Assembly: GCA_010015805.1 (NCBI GenBank)
Contig: ML978127.1
Location: forward strand, 1,426,001-1,490,000
Length of the DNA: 64,000 nucleotides
Direction of reading: 5' to 3'
DNA from: Rhizodiscina lignyota
Lineage: Eukaryota
The notes beneath the pieces were generated by a model. It was not told the DNA's origin and did not search any database. It was given only the letters and a program-made list of their open reading frames with translations. Position numbers and translations under genes: made by a program. Shown here one piece after another: positions 13,515 to 25,800 of this stretch. Every line of letters starts with the position of its first letter. Position 1 is the first letter of the stretch.

Positions 13515-14689
13515 GTCTCTACTCTTGACAGAGCATTACCTTGAGGCCGGGTTCAGCTCAAACTCAATCAGGAAAGTTGCTGTGCCAGAACCCGACACTG
13601 CGTTCCCTGCCGAATAAGTTATATCAACCGTGGCATCGCCCTTCATCGCTTTCCCTTGTTGCCTCTCTCATTCTTCGGCTATCAGCCTTCGATAGCAAAG
13701 TCTATGTACCTAGCGTTAATGGCATCTTGAGCCCAGACTTCGTCATTCACATGCTAAATGTAGGTCTCAGGGGCATGCGAGAGCTGATACCAGCCCAGGA
13801 AGGCCGGATGTCCTGTTAGAGCCATTCTACGCTGCGTAACCGCAAAACACGCGGTTCAGAAAACAGCAATAGTCAACTTGCTGACAGGAAGGAGTACAAG
13901 GCTGTGAAGAGTTGGAGCAATGGGCACTGCGGATGGGTGGAAGCAAGCTGAGGCCCCCACGCGTCAATTTTAGTGGCTTCACTGGGCAACTTGGCTTGGC
14001 ACCGGAAACTTTTTCAATTGGCCAGGCCAGACTTCAACCCTTCTCCATATTCTCCCAAAGATGACCCATCACCTCGTCGCCTTACTGCAATGCCGTATCT
14101 GCCTTGAGCGTTGCTATTGTTTTAGGTTGCGTTCGAAGCGCGTTCGAAGCGCGTTCCGCTGGCATACCATTCGCAATGGCGTCAAAAAGGCGCTCTGCGC
14201 CTTTACGTTGACTGACGACCCTTGCATCAGATATCCCAACGTCAACTCCCAACTCTCTAAGGAAAGAGAGTGTACAGCTCCCAAGTTGTCTTGACCTGGC
14301 AGTGCAAGACTCCATATAGCATGTGGAAACTTTCGCTCCCCGGAACTCAAGCTACTATTGGTCCCTCCCAGCACAAGAGGCATTTCTTAGCAGGGTGCAG
14401 AATCCCAATGTTTTCAGCTCCAACGTATTCTCCGCAACTACGGAGTAAGCCTCGCGTCACTTCCTTATCGACCGGCTTTGGCGAAGGTTTTGGATTCCAA
14501 TCGCAGCACGCGAACGGTTCATGATCGTGGTAGGGTGGTTGTATCTGTTAAGGGTATAAGAATTGCGCAGAATCTTTGATCAATTGAACCACACTGCACA
14601 CCACTCAATTGACTCTTCAACTTCTACTACAATCTTCTACAATTGTCCCAATTGGCCCAATTGTGTCTATCAATCATCCTTTTTCAGCC

Positions 14690-15691
14690 ATGCAGTCACG
14701 AATCGGTGTCATGTCCACTGGGCTTATCGTTGTTTCGGCCCTTGTTCTTCCCTTTGCCGGAGTGAGCGCGGTACATGGTCCCCAGTCGGGACTGATTGCC
14801 CACATCGATGAAGCCTGGAGCAGCAACACAGGAAGCGATTGGAATCTTTGCGGGCCGTGGGGAAATTGTGCACCTGTTTCGCATCTCTGCGGAACATTTG
14901 GCTGCGCCCCAGCCGAGAGCGTCTGCCCACCATGGGGATGCGACCAACCGTATTCAAGCCAATTGCACACAGAGACGAAACATGCTAATATTTGAATAGA
15001 GACTCCGCTCCCTCGGGATCAGATAACCCAAGTAAACCAGAGTTCGCCGAAGCGAAGAGCGACCAGCGTCCCCTCACAAATCAAGACCAATTCGCTCAAT
15101 CCGGAAATGCCGCTCGATGCCCCTATCCATGGGGATGTGGCAATACGTATGATGCATTTTCAAATGTTCTAATCATTTTCCAACTAACTTTCAATAGAGC
15201 TGGACTAGCTGGACCTCAGATTATTAACGGGCCCCAACCCGATGCCTGTCCGTACCCGTGGGGTTGCGGTAGCACGTAAGGTCTCGTTTCAAATGTTCAG
15301 TTCATGATTCAGCTAACTTTTCAATACGCTAGCCAACAGATTATGAACGAACCCCAGGATTCCGGATGCCCGTATCCATGGGGATGTGGTAGTGGTAGTC
15401 GGTATGACGCCCTCAAATGCATTCTGGATTTGCTTAACTAACATCAACAACGCTCAGCGCTCGAGCCAATCCTGAGGCTCAACCATCCTCGGCGCAATCC
15501 GGGAGCTCAGATGGATCCCAGCCAGCTCCAGCACAGAACCAATCCGGGATCAGTAATCAATTAAGCATCTGCGGTCCATGGGGTTGCATGCCACTGTCAG
15601 TGCCATTTACCTGACGTGGGATATCTGACAATTGACTGTTCATAGTGCCGGCCTCCTCGAGCAGCGTGATGGAGCCCACAAGGTCTTGTAG
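14690..15691 (+). CDS. Secreted-type multi-core repeat peptide precursor (245 aa; seven C-x(4-5)-C cores, CPYPWGC x3); 6 exons
   Basis: Exons 14690-14949, 15000-15146, 15198-15275, 15333-15401, 15458-15595, 15646-15691; five 50-57 nt GT-AG introns with branch sites, all phase 2, give one open frame; hydrophobic signal-like N-terminus GLIVVSALVLPFAGVSA. Confidence 0.85.
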
Positions 15692-16026
15692 ATCTACCTC
15701 CCCGATCGAGAAATCAGACTCTGGTCTCGTTTAGAAAGCTTCATTTGACCTTTGAAATTCAAATTCCTCTACAGAAATCTATGACAAGTCTGTAAGAGCC
15801 GTTTGAAGGCCGTTTCTCATCTAGCGCCTTCCATTATTCTTTCTTAGCTGTGTTTCTAGGTTCATCACTCCCTTTGTACGTGTTGTACGAATTACAATAG
15901 GCCTACTACGTTCAAAAGTCATTCCTTGCATCTGCGCTTGCATGCTTATAACGAGCTCCCTTCTAATTCAAGGAGCAGTCTAGAGAGTATTCAGCCTACT
16001 CATTCTCTCCATGTTCCCCACGTTTG

Positions 16027-17337
16027 TTAATGGTGAAAGCGTATCGGCTGTTGAGCATGTTAACAAGGGTTCCATGTTTGAATTTCGGTCGGACAGCGAA
16101 CCTTGACCTCTTCGACTCCGTCAAATAAGCAACAATCCCGGATAAAGAATGCTGGGTACGATGACGAGATCGGTTCGTATCGGTTGGAAGAGGCGATCGA
16201 GTGCGGATATCCAAAGTCAAATGGAACAACGGCTTCGATTTTTTCGATGTCGGCCTCCGAGAGATTGATCTTGAGAGCATCGATGTTCTTCTGAAGATGC
16301 TCAAATTTCCTTCCTCCGATGATCGGGATAACATATGGAGCCTAACAGCGTTCAGCATGAACCATAATAGCAAAAGAGAAAAAGTCCGCATACTTTCAGC
16401 ATACAATAGCGCAGAGCCACACCCAAGGCATCCGATCCTTGATTCTTACCAATATCCTCCATCACAGCGCCGAACTTCTTGTATGTCTCAGGCGATGCTC
16501 CTCCCAAATCATCTGTAAAGGATCTCCCACTCTTCTTCTCCGCGGTAGTTTTATCTTTGAACTTGCCGCCGCCAAGCGCACTCCACACTGTGATCCCCAT
16601 ACCTTCCGCTTTGCACATTGGAACAACATCCCGCTCAATCTCGCGATCAACAGGATTCCAACGGCCCTCGTACACCACGAATGGTGTCAGTGCGTGTTGA
16701 CGCGCGTACTCATTTGCTTTGACAACGACCCAGGCAGGCCAATTACAGACGCCAAGGTAGAGGGCTTTCCCATCGCGGACAACAAGATCAAGAGATTGCA
16801 TCAGCTCAGGGATAGATGCCGTATCTTCCCACCCATGAACGTACAGGACATCGACATAGTCTGTTTGCAAATTCTTCAAGCTCTGGCTCAGCGACAAGCG
16901 GAGACTCTTCTTGTTGGTGCCGCCATAGTTGGAGAGAATGCTCTCTTCGGGTTCCAAAAAGGCGAATTTAGGCGACACAGTGTATTTCGTCGCAATTACC
17001 ATCTGGTCGCGAAGGTTACGAGCAGTCATCCACTCGCCAATCCACTTCTCGGACTCGCCAGCCATGTACATGTTGGCCGTGTCGATAAAGTTTCCACCCG
17101 AGGCATGAAAATGGTCCATTATAGAAAATGCTGTATCTTTCGAGCATTTACCTAACAATCCCTTCCTTTGACAAAAGGTTAGCGCTGAATATAAACTCGG
17201 ACTAAGAATCTGTACCAGATTTCACCGAAATTCATCGATCCCAGACATATCGGAGAGACTTTGATGGAAGCGGAAGGACTGAGGATTCTATGGTACGCAA
17301 GAGGGGACTTTGCCTTGAGAGAACTGCTTAATGACAT
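16027..17337 (-). CDS. Aldo-keto reductase, aryl-alcohol dehydrogenase/norsolorinic acid reductase-like; 4 exons
   Basis: VSPICLGSMNFG, GGNFIDTANMY, VIATKY, LQTDYVDVLYVHGW, YLGVCNWPAWVV, PIIGGRK motifs; introns near 17214, 16373 and 16102. Confidence 0.92.
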
Positions 17338-17735
17338 CTCGATAATGCGGGTTGATCTGATTGAACCTGAACACACGTGTGGACGTTGAATTTAATTCGA
17401 AAGCCATTGTGACTACTATATAACCTGACTGGTGTCCTTTCTTCTAGCAAGTCCGTCCCTTTTTAGTCCGTCGAAGAATCGTTTCACATTGCAGATGGAT
17501 AATGACGCCCAAGAGGAAAGGTAATTGAGATGGAGATATGCATACATTATTCGGCCGAATGCATTTAAAAGTCACGTGCTTGGCTGAAAAGGGAATGGGG
17601 GCGGAGATTTCTGTTGCAGGAAATGTTGCTGTCCCTGCTGTATCCGAGCTGACCATTTCACATCGTGCGGGTCCTGAATATGTGTCAAATCGTAAGATGA
17701 ATCATCTCCGACAAGGGAAGTAGCAAGAAGGAGCT

Positions 17736-20120
17736 ATGGAAGACCATATGTCAAGACCACCAAGCTCCTCCTCCGCAATAGGGTCACGAAGGAAGGTTCG
17801 GAAAGGGACACAAAGTTGCACTGAATGTAAGTCACCTCGTCCTTTTTGCGAATCGACTTGCTCCAAATTTCTCTTGGTTGGGGTTGTGTCTCTGGAAACA
17901 GTCGGTTTAACTTCCGGAATTGCTTGACCTGCGTGGCTCGGATGCTGAAGGGATCGTCTCCTCAGGCCGTAGACGGAAGATACGATGCACATACTTACCC
18001 GGAAGTCAAAAATGCGCACAGTGCTCAGCGAGAGGCGCTCGATGCGTTGACCAACGCGACGAACCATACGATGATACCGAGGAAGAAAGAAAGCTCCTGC
18101 GGGAGCGAGTTGCACGCCTTGAGGCTCTATTGGAGAAGAGCGAGTCCAACCCTTTGAGGCGTGTTCGGACGAATGCACCGTCGACTACGGAGTCTTCCGA
18201 TGTTATTGATGCAGACATTGGTACTCCTTATGGCGGCCATGATCGTCGCATTCCTCTCGTCTCGGTCCTTGATGAAGCTGAAGTACGTATGAGACCATTC
18301 CACCTATGGAGCTTCTAATTGACTGGGTAACCTTGTAAGCTTGTAATGCGTCCAGGAAATGATACGGATCGCCAATGTAAGGACAAAGCGCAACATGCCG
18401 CCGTAGGCCAAGGCCGCCCTTTGGCCGCTCCTGGATGCGGCAGGACAATACCTGTGTTTCATTCAAACGGCGAGCATGCAGAGCCTTCTCGACACATCCA
18501 AGAACACAGTGCCAAATCCAGAGAGCTTTGCAGCACACTTAGATCGTGTCTACCTTCATTCGATGCCATCATATCTGCGTTTTCTGAAAATGGAGGTTGG
18601 TGGAGCTCCTTCTGCTCGAAAGTTGTTGGCGTTTCCAAGGCATCCATAGAGAGTTTGAGCTCATTTGCCATCCGGTCCTATACCAGCAATGATCCGACCG
18701 TAATTGGCGAAATCTGTGCAGCTTATGCTCGCTGTAACAAGGACTATCACCATCTTTTAACTCTGGTGGAGAAACTGGTCGTCTCAGATCCTACATATTC
18801 AATGAGCACAAATGGGATGGAGTGCATTCTGCTATTAGCCAAGGTCTATCTTGACACCGGACAACCACGACGAGCATGGCTCATATACCGTAAAGGTATC
18901 GCTCTTGCTCAGCTTAATGTACTGTTCCCATTCTATCCCCTTTGCGTACATCGCTAATCTACTGAAAATAGGGTTTTAATCGTCCCAATTCCGGTACCCC
19001 CAAAACCCGAACGATTTGGTACAGTATGTACCTTGGAGATCGCTTCACAAGCTTGCTCTTAGGACTTCCGTACGGCGTTACCGACCACCATTTCGTGTTC
19101 CACGAACAAGAGACTGAACAACCATACGCGGTCCTTCAACATCGGTTCCTTCACCGCTGCGCGATATTGGCTGGCAATATTATCGATCAGCACAACATGC
19201 CGGGACCTCCGTTACATTCTGCTGCCATGGCTTTGCACGAGCAATCCGTTTCGATCGAAAGTTCTATGCCAAAAGATTGGTGGAATTTGCCCGCCGTACT
19301 GAGCGGGTCTCAACAGGAGCAAGACGAGGTCAGACAGCGTGTGCTGCTTCAATGCTACCTTTTTCACATTAGGATATATATTCACCTTCCATTCATGGGC
19401 AGGTCGTCGCCCTCACCGTCCACTGCAGCTCACGAGCAAAACCGACAGGCCTGTCTGGATGCTTGCCGCGATTATTTGCGTTACAACAACTACCTTCGAA
19501 CAGAAATTGACGGAAATCGCCTTTATGAGTGTTCGACGAACGAGTATGTTGCCTTTCAGGTCTCTGTGATCTTTATTGTTGGTACGTCTGGTAAAGGGAG
19601 TAAGACATCCCCAGAAGATCTTCAATTGATCAGGACTTACAAAGATGGGCTCCGTTTGGATGAGGGACAGGCAGGGTGCGTTATGGCTACGCAATGCCGC
19701 CGTGTCTTGGATGTGCTTCTTGGGGAGCAGTTTGAGCAGTTCGAGAAGGACAATATCTCCGAGCCAGACAGGATCATGATCCCGTATCTTGGGACCATAT
19801 TAAAACGGCCGACTGTACTGAAGCAGTCGCCCATGTCTCAGGATCAAGAGAGCACCTTAACTGATACGACATCAACACCGGGACTCAGTACGCACTCTCA
19901 GGACCTCCGGCAGCTTGGCATTGTAGACGCACAGGCTATGAACTACGGGCTATTCCACCCACAGAATGATATGTTCAGCGCTTTGCAGTGGGAGCTAGAC
20001 GGCATTGGTAATGCTACCGCCGATGTCATGACTTCATGGCAGGATGAGCCACTCATGGATATTGACATGGAATGGTGCCCATTTTTGGGAGCAGGCCAAA
20101 ATTCCACAGAGAATCCGTGA
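17736..20120 (+). CDS. Zn(II)2Cys6 fungal transcription factor; multi-exon
   Basis: RKGTQSCTEC|RRRKIRCTYLPGSQKCAQCSARGARC formed by intron 17827-17965; downstream fungal TF middle region in ORFs 18346-18957 and 19026-20120; start could be 17748. Confidence 0.92.
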
Positions 20121-20187
20121 AATCCGGTAACCTCTTCAGACCCGGATTTCAAATTTGAGAGCGCTCCACACTTTCTGTTATCAACGA

Positions 20188-22180
20188 CTATAGCTTTGCA
20201 GCGGCAGAGCTCTTTCCCTCTTCCCTCAAAGCTTGAATAACCTCCGTGGCCCCCCTCTCCCCGCTTCTTACAGCGCCTTCCATATATCCCTTCCATTCGT
20301 ACGCGGTCTCTGTTCCAACAAAATGGACACTTCCGTGCTTTTCTCTCAACGCACTTCCCACCTCGGTCATCAACCCAGGTGGCATCGCAGGGCAAGGGCA
20401 GCCCTGGCTCCATGTGTCCTTCCACCACTCTTGCTCGATCGTCTCGATTGGTTCCGGAACCTTGTCCTCGCCGCCCACAAACGGACCGAATGCCCGGCGG
20501 ATGTGGTCGACACCAGCAGCACGGCGCTCATCTTTGGAAAGTCTCGACCAAGCACGTCCAGCATCTGAACTTATCAGCACAATACAGACTACGAGATTTG
20601 AGACGACTCACCTCCTTCCGAGAAACATGTCAAGGCGTAGAGACCCTGAGAGTCGACTGATGTGTCCCTCGTAACACAGAATGTCCCATACGCCGACTGA
20701 AGAAGGCCGCAGAGACCAAAACGACGCCACCAAGGCTCTTTCCATGCAATGATCATCTTGGCGGTGTAGCCATGAACGGTGCCTCGGGAAAGTTTGAATT
20801 TTGTCTCGCTGAGTGGCGGCGAGAACGAAATTTCGTGGTAGACGGGGGTAGGCACAGAGACAATGACCCGGCGAGCAAGGAAGCTGCCACGAGCTGAAGT
20901 GACGTGAACACCTTCGGAAGTCTCCTCAATGTTGCGAACAGGAGAGTTAAAGAGGATGGTATTCGGGCTCAAGGAGCTGGCTATGCTTAGCGAGAACGAC
21001 TGAGTTCCTGCGACCAGTTCAGTATCACCTCAATTCCAGTGAGTGAGGGGGATTACCAGCAACAAGACGCAGATACTGCCCACCATCTCTCCGATCGGAT
21101 CGCATGGCCATGATCCCGCCTCCACTCTTGCAGTAGTCGAGGAAGAAGAGACAGCTGACTTCACGCGCCTCCAATCCAAGCATGGCTTTACACCAAATGT
21201 TGATCGTTCCGTGCGCAATCTTACCGCCTCCTTCAGATGTAACGAACTCTTCCATCGACATCTTGTCATAGTCTTTGCCTAAGGCTTTGCACGATCCCAC
21301 AGGATCCGAAACATCAATCTTGTGGCAGAGGCTCTCAAACAGGTCGCGAACCTGTACCATATTCGCAACACCACCCTTCTCACCCTCTTTCTATAGTCTC
21401 GTTAGCTTTCTCGACTCGCGGATACAATGAAGCAATGGCACTCACCTCCGGTACTCCGCCGTACGGAAATGTATGAAAACTCCCATCCGCAGGGTCCTCC
21501 ATCACAATTCTACCCATCGTATTCTGCGTCACAGTCTTGAGCCCGTACTTTCTGCACAGTTCATACATGCGGATCTGATTAGTGTCATTAATCCACGCCG
21601 CGCCCACGTCCTGCTTCCCACCTGCAATATCACGTGACCAGGTCTTTCCGCCAACTCTTCCTCGTGCCTCCAAAACGACGCAGGAATAGCCTGCCTTTTG
21701 AACGTCTAGTGCGGCTTGCAGCCCGCTGAGACCAGCACCCACAACCACGACATCGACTTTCTTCAATGGAGCTTCGGGAATCGCTGCAATGGCTTCGACC
21801 TCGAAGAGCATTTCCGGGCTTGCGAGCGCCGGCACGGGGATCAGCGTGGTAGCAGGCAAATGGCCCTTCAGAAATTCGGTCGTCGGCTTACGGTGCACTC
21901 TGTTGTTTGGGTCGTAATTCACGACGAGGTACGTGAGCTTCAGGATGTCATTAGGCGTTGCGCCGGCCGCGTCGAGGCATTGCGAGAGATTACGATACGC
22001 TTGTTCGACTTGCTCGGACTGATTGGGCGAGAATGTGCCATCTTCGTTGGCGCCGACTTGACCGGCGAAGGTGATGATTTTGTGGGAGGTAGTCGCCGTG
22101 GTTATGTGGGAGTAGAGTGGCCGCTGGTCGCGGACGTACCATGGTGCGAGACTTGTTATACCTGATTTAGGAGCAGACAT
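20188..22180 (-). CDS. Fusion of N-terminal RidA/YjgF/YER057c domain and flavin-containing amine oxidase; 4 exons
   Basis: N-terminus FAGQVG...DILKLTYLVV...LPATTLIPVPALASPEMLFEVEAIAA (RidA fold) runs without a stop into VVVVGAGLSG, LEARGRVGGKT, DVGAAWIN; C-terminal VHFVGTETAYEWKGYMEGAVRSGERGA. Confidence 0.92.
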
Positions 22181-22863
22181 TTTGATTGGTATATGTGAAA
22201 AGTATAAACAGTAGAATATGAAAAGAACGAGAAGCTGTGAAATGGACGATTTGTACTAGAAAAGAGAGGTGAAGCTTGCAGAGATTGGACCCAACAGTTG
22301 CTATCTGATATGCACGCTTACGTTTCAGAAGAGTCTCAATTGCACTTCTGGGTAGATATACCAGTAACAGGACGCTCTAGTCCGACTCCTATTCCGCTTT
22401 GAAGCTGAGATGCTGGCATTGCGGGGTTCGAAGCTCGTAGTAACGTGGCTTCGGCAAGATCGGAGAGAAAAGTTGTACCCGGCGCTGTCGGCTGTGAAAC
22501 CATTGATAAACGAATCTAAAATAGGAAAGAGAGACTTGACAGGCACAGAGACGCATATATTAGTGGAGTAAGATATCTTCTTTCCACAAAGAATCCCTCG
22601 CTAACATATCGATCCATGCTGAACTCGATATTTGGCTTCAAATCACAAGGTGCGTCAAAATCACCCATTGCAAGTCACCGCAGAAACATACGCGAAAGGA
22701 CTTGTATTGAGGCGAGCAATTGGGTATAATACAATATCCAATCCGACTCCAGCTCCATCGCAATGCTTCTTTAACGAAAGACGAAATTCAAATATTCCTC
22801 AGCGCCAAAATAACCCCGTGCCGTGTCCTTTTCTGCTTGTCCTTTTAGCAGCCGTTTACTTTT

Positions 22864-25800
22864 CTACTTTTCCGGCAACTCCCTGAAGACCGTCTTGAAA
22901 ATATCCTTACTCTTATATAAATTCAGAACCCTAAGCCTCTCATTGTTTAAATGCGCACTGTCGCTCGCCTGGCCACATGGCAAATGCGCGGCGGGTGCAC
23001 CAAACTCCTTCTCCAGAAAACGTATCGCAGGAATAGATCCACCCTCGCGAATGTAAAGCGGTTTCCGTCCCTTTGGTCGAGGATCTTCAATCATGCTTTG
23101 GAGCGGGCTGGTTGGGTCACCGACCCTTTCATTCGGAGGCGTGACGCTACCGCTTGCGAGTGTCGAGGATGTTGCTGGTGTAACTCTCTCGTCGCCACTC
23201 AATTTGCGAAGTGGCAAGGGTTTGCGCGGAGCCATAGAGCTGCGACGCCGAGGCTGAATAGGTCCCCAGACGTGCATGATAGCATTCTCAAGAGTGTGGA
23301 AGATCTCATTGTTGAAGTCGCCGAGCCATGGCTCGGCCTGGTGATCGATTGTGACGGTCAGGCGATTCTTTGATTCGAGCTTGTCGAATTCTGAGTGAAG
23401 GAAATCGATCAGGCTTGCGGCAATGACCTCCGCCTCTTGATTTGGCACGAGGCGCATAGAGAGGGCAGCTCGCGCCAGGCGGGGAATGATTGTAGAGTTC
23501 TCCGGTCCAGAAGTCTGAAAGCGGTGGATGGTTAATGACGCTTCTCGCCAACGTCGCATGAGTGAAGCAGCAAGCGCTTCTGGTTCTCCAAGGTCAGGAT
23601 TGCGCTCGAGTAAGGTGAAAGTAATATCGTCGTAGAGTGCTTGCTCGTCTTCCGTGAGAGGCAAGACCGGATCGTAAAAGCCTGGTATCTCAACGTGGCC
23701 ATTCTTGCCAGTCAGCTTAGCCAGCAGCATCACCAGATCCTTCAGCGACTCATCAAGCAGTGCGCTTCCATCAACACCACTATGAAGATCAGGATGTTGA
23801 CTCTCAACCTGGACAGTCGCATGGATCACGCCTCGGAGACCATACGTCAAGCATGGCACATGGTCATCAAGCCAATAACTGTTGGCGAGCAATATCCAGT
23901 CAACATCGCCGATGAGATGCTTATTCTTCCGGATTGCGTCGGCAAATCCTCTAGATCCACACTCTTCCTCTCCCTCAATGAGGAAAGTAACATCCGAGTT
24001 CAGGGATTTCTCAGCTACTAACTCAGCCACCGCATAGATTGCAGCCATGACGGGACCTTTGTTGTCAGAGACACCACGTCCGTAGAAGTAGCCATCAATG
24101 CCTTCCATCGAAAACGGATCAATGATCCATTTCCCCCTTTCATTCTCTGCAGCAATCACATCATAGTGACCATAGAACAGGATCTTTCTCCTCGACTGTG
24201 ACTGTGAGGGATTGCCTCTGAACTTTGCCAAGATGATCGGATTCAGCGTATCCTGTGTTGCAAGCATTTCGGTTCTGGCCCCGAAATTCTTGAGCACGGA
24301 TCGGAGGAATGAAGCGCCTCTGTGGCAATCTGGTTTGTATCGTGGGTCGGATGAAACTGTTCTGTATGAAACGAAGTGCTTGAGCGACTCGGACAGCTGT
24401 TCGTTGCTTGTTCTCTTTGGCTCGGTCGATGCTTCAGCACAGTCTGCGATATCCCAAACAGCAATGCTATGGTCATTGCCTCCGGTAACAAACAGCCTTC
24501 GTTCCTTGTGCTCGATGAAGGCCGATGCCAAGATGCGTCCTTCGTGAGCACGATAACAACTGGCCGATTCATACCGGCGGTCGAACTTCTCTACGATCCC
24601 ATCAAGGCCTGCGGAAAACAGAAAACCTCCTCCAACAGCTATAGTTAGGACATCTCCCACGTTGGCCTTCAAGCTGCGGAGAAGCTGCTTCGTTTCGAGA
24701 TCCCAGACGTTTATCTCGCCATCAGTCCGGCCACTGTAAAGGAACGAACCGTCAACCGCGATTGTAAGCACAGACTCTCCCTCTTCTCTGCCATCTTCGA
24801 GCACGAACAGTTCAGATATTGCGCCTGAATTGTGCTCATCCAGTGTCCAGACCTTAATAATGCCGTCACCTCCACCAGAGATGAGCACTTCCCGAGCATT
24901 CTCTGATACAGGACGAGCAAGGGTCATGCAGTAGACGTATCCAAAGTGAGCAAACTGCTGAAGGTTTTGCTTCGGGATCTGCAAACTCTGACCGCCAACA
25001 GCATGACGGGCATAATCTTCAGGATCCTGCGCTGGTGGCGTGCGGGTACCTCCAGGGCCAACAGAGTCAAAGAAGCGGTGGAATGAAGGGTGAGCAGTTG
25101 GGCTCGGACGAGTTTTTGAATCCTTTCTTTTCAAGTCGTACCACTGAATGCTCGTATTTTGCGCACCAAGGTAGACTGTTTGTAGGAACGAAGAGTATGC
25201 GACGCAGAAGACATCACCAACATCAAATGTGGAGTAGAGAGAGTAGACACGCTGGAATGTGCTTGTGTCCCACACATTCACGATACGATCTCCTGCACTT
25301 GAAAATAGATGTCTTCGATCTGGGGAGAGATGGAGAGCTAGTACACTACTCCGGTGGGCGTAGATGACACCAGATCGCTCAAAGGTGTCGATGGAGTACG
25401 CCTGTAAGAGTAAGTGGCTTGAAGACCTCCGAAAGTGGAACAATCTACCAATATTTGTCCTTTCTGAGTTCCTGCAAATATTCGGTCCAACGATACAGCT
25501 AGGGCGAGTATAGAGGTATTATGCCTCATGCGGTGAGCCAGGGATGGCCTGCTGTCGCGTGACGGTCTTGTCTGGTCCATGAAGGCATTGCCATTTCGTT
25601 GTGACTTCTCGAATGCACCTTCTGTGAGATTTGAGGCATCCACGCCTCTGTTTGAAGAGTTCATGAGCCGCTCTTGAGAATCATGGTGGTTATTGTTCAT
25701 TGCTTCTTCCGGAATAGCTGACGTTTTCTCAGGTGGCGCCAAGCCACCACTGCTTTTGGATCGCGACGATTTATCCTTTTTGCCATCACAGTTGCAGAGA

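Noticed and set aside
14128..14156. 11-bp tandem GCGTTCGAAGC in the divergent promoter
   Set aside because: Only about 2.5 copies; no specific binding site can be assigned
14690..15691. Identification as an alpha-type mating pheromone precursor or a ustiloxin-type (dikaritin) precursor
   Set aside because: No KR/RR Kex2 sites, no GQPC pheromone motif, and no UstYa/DUF3328 oxidase seen in the window
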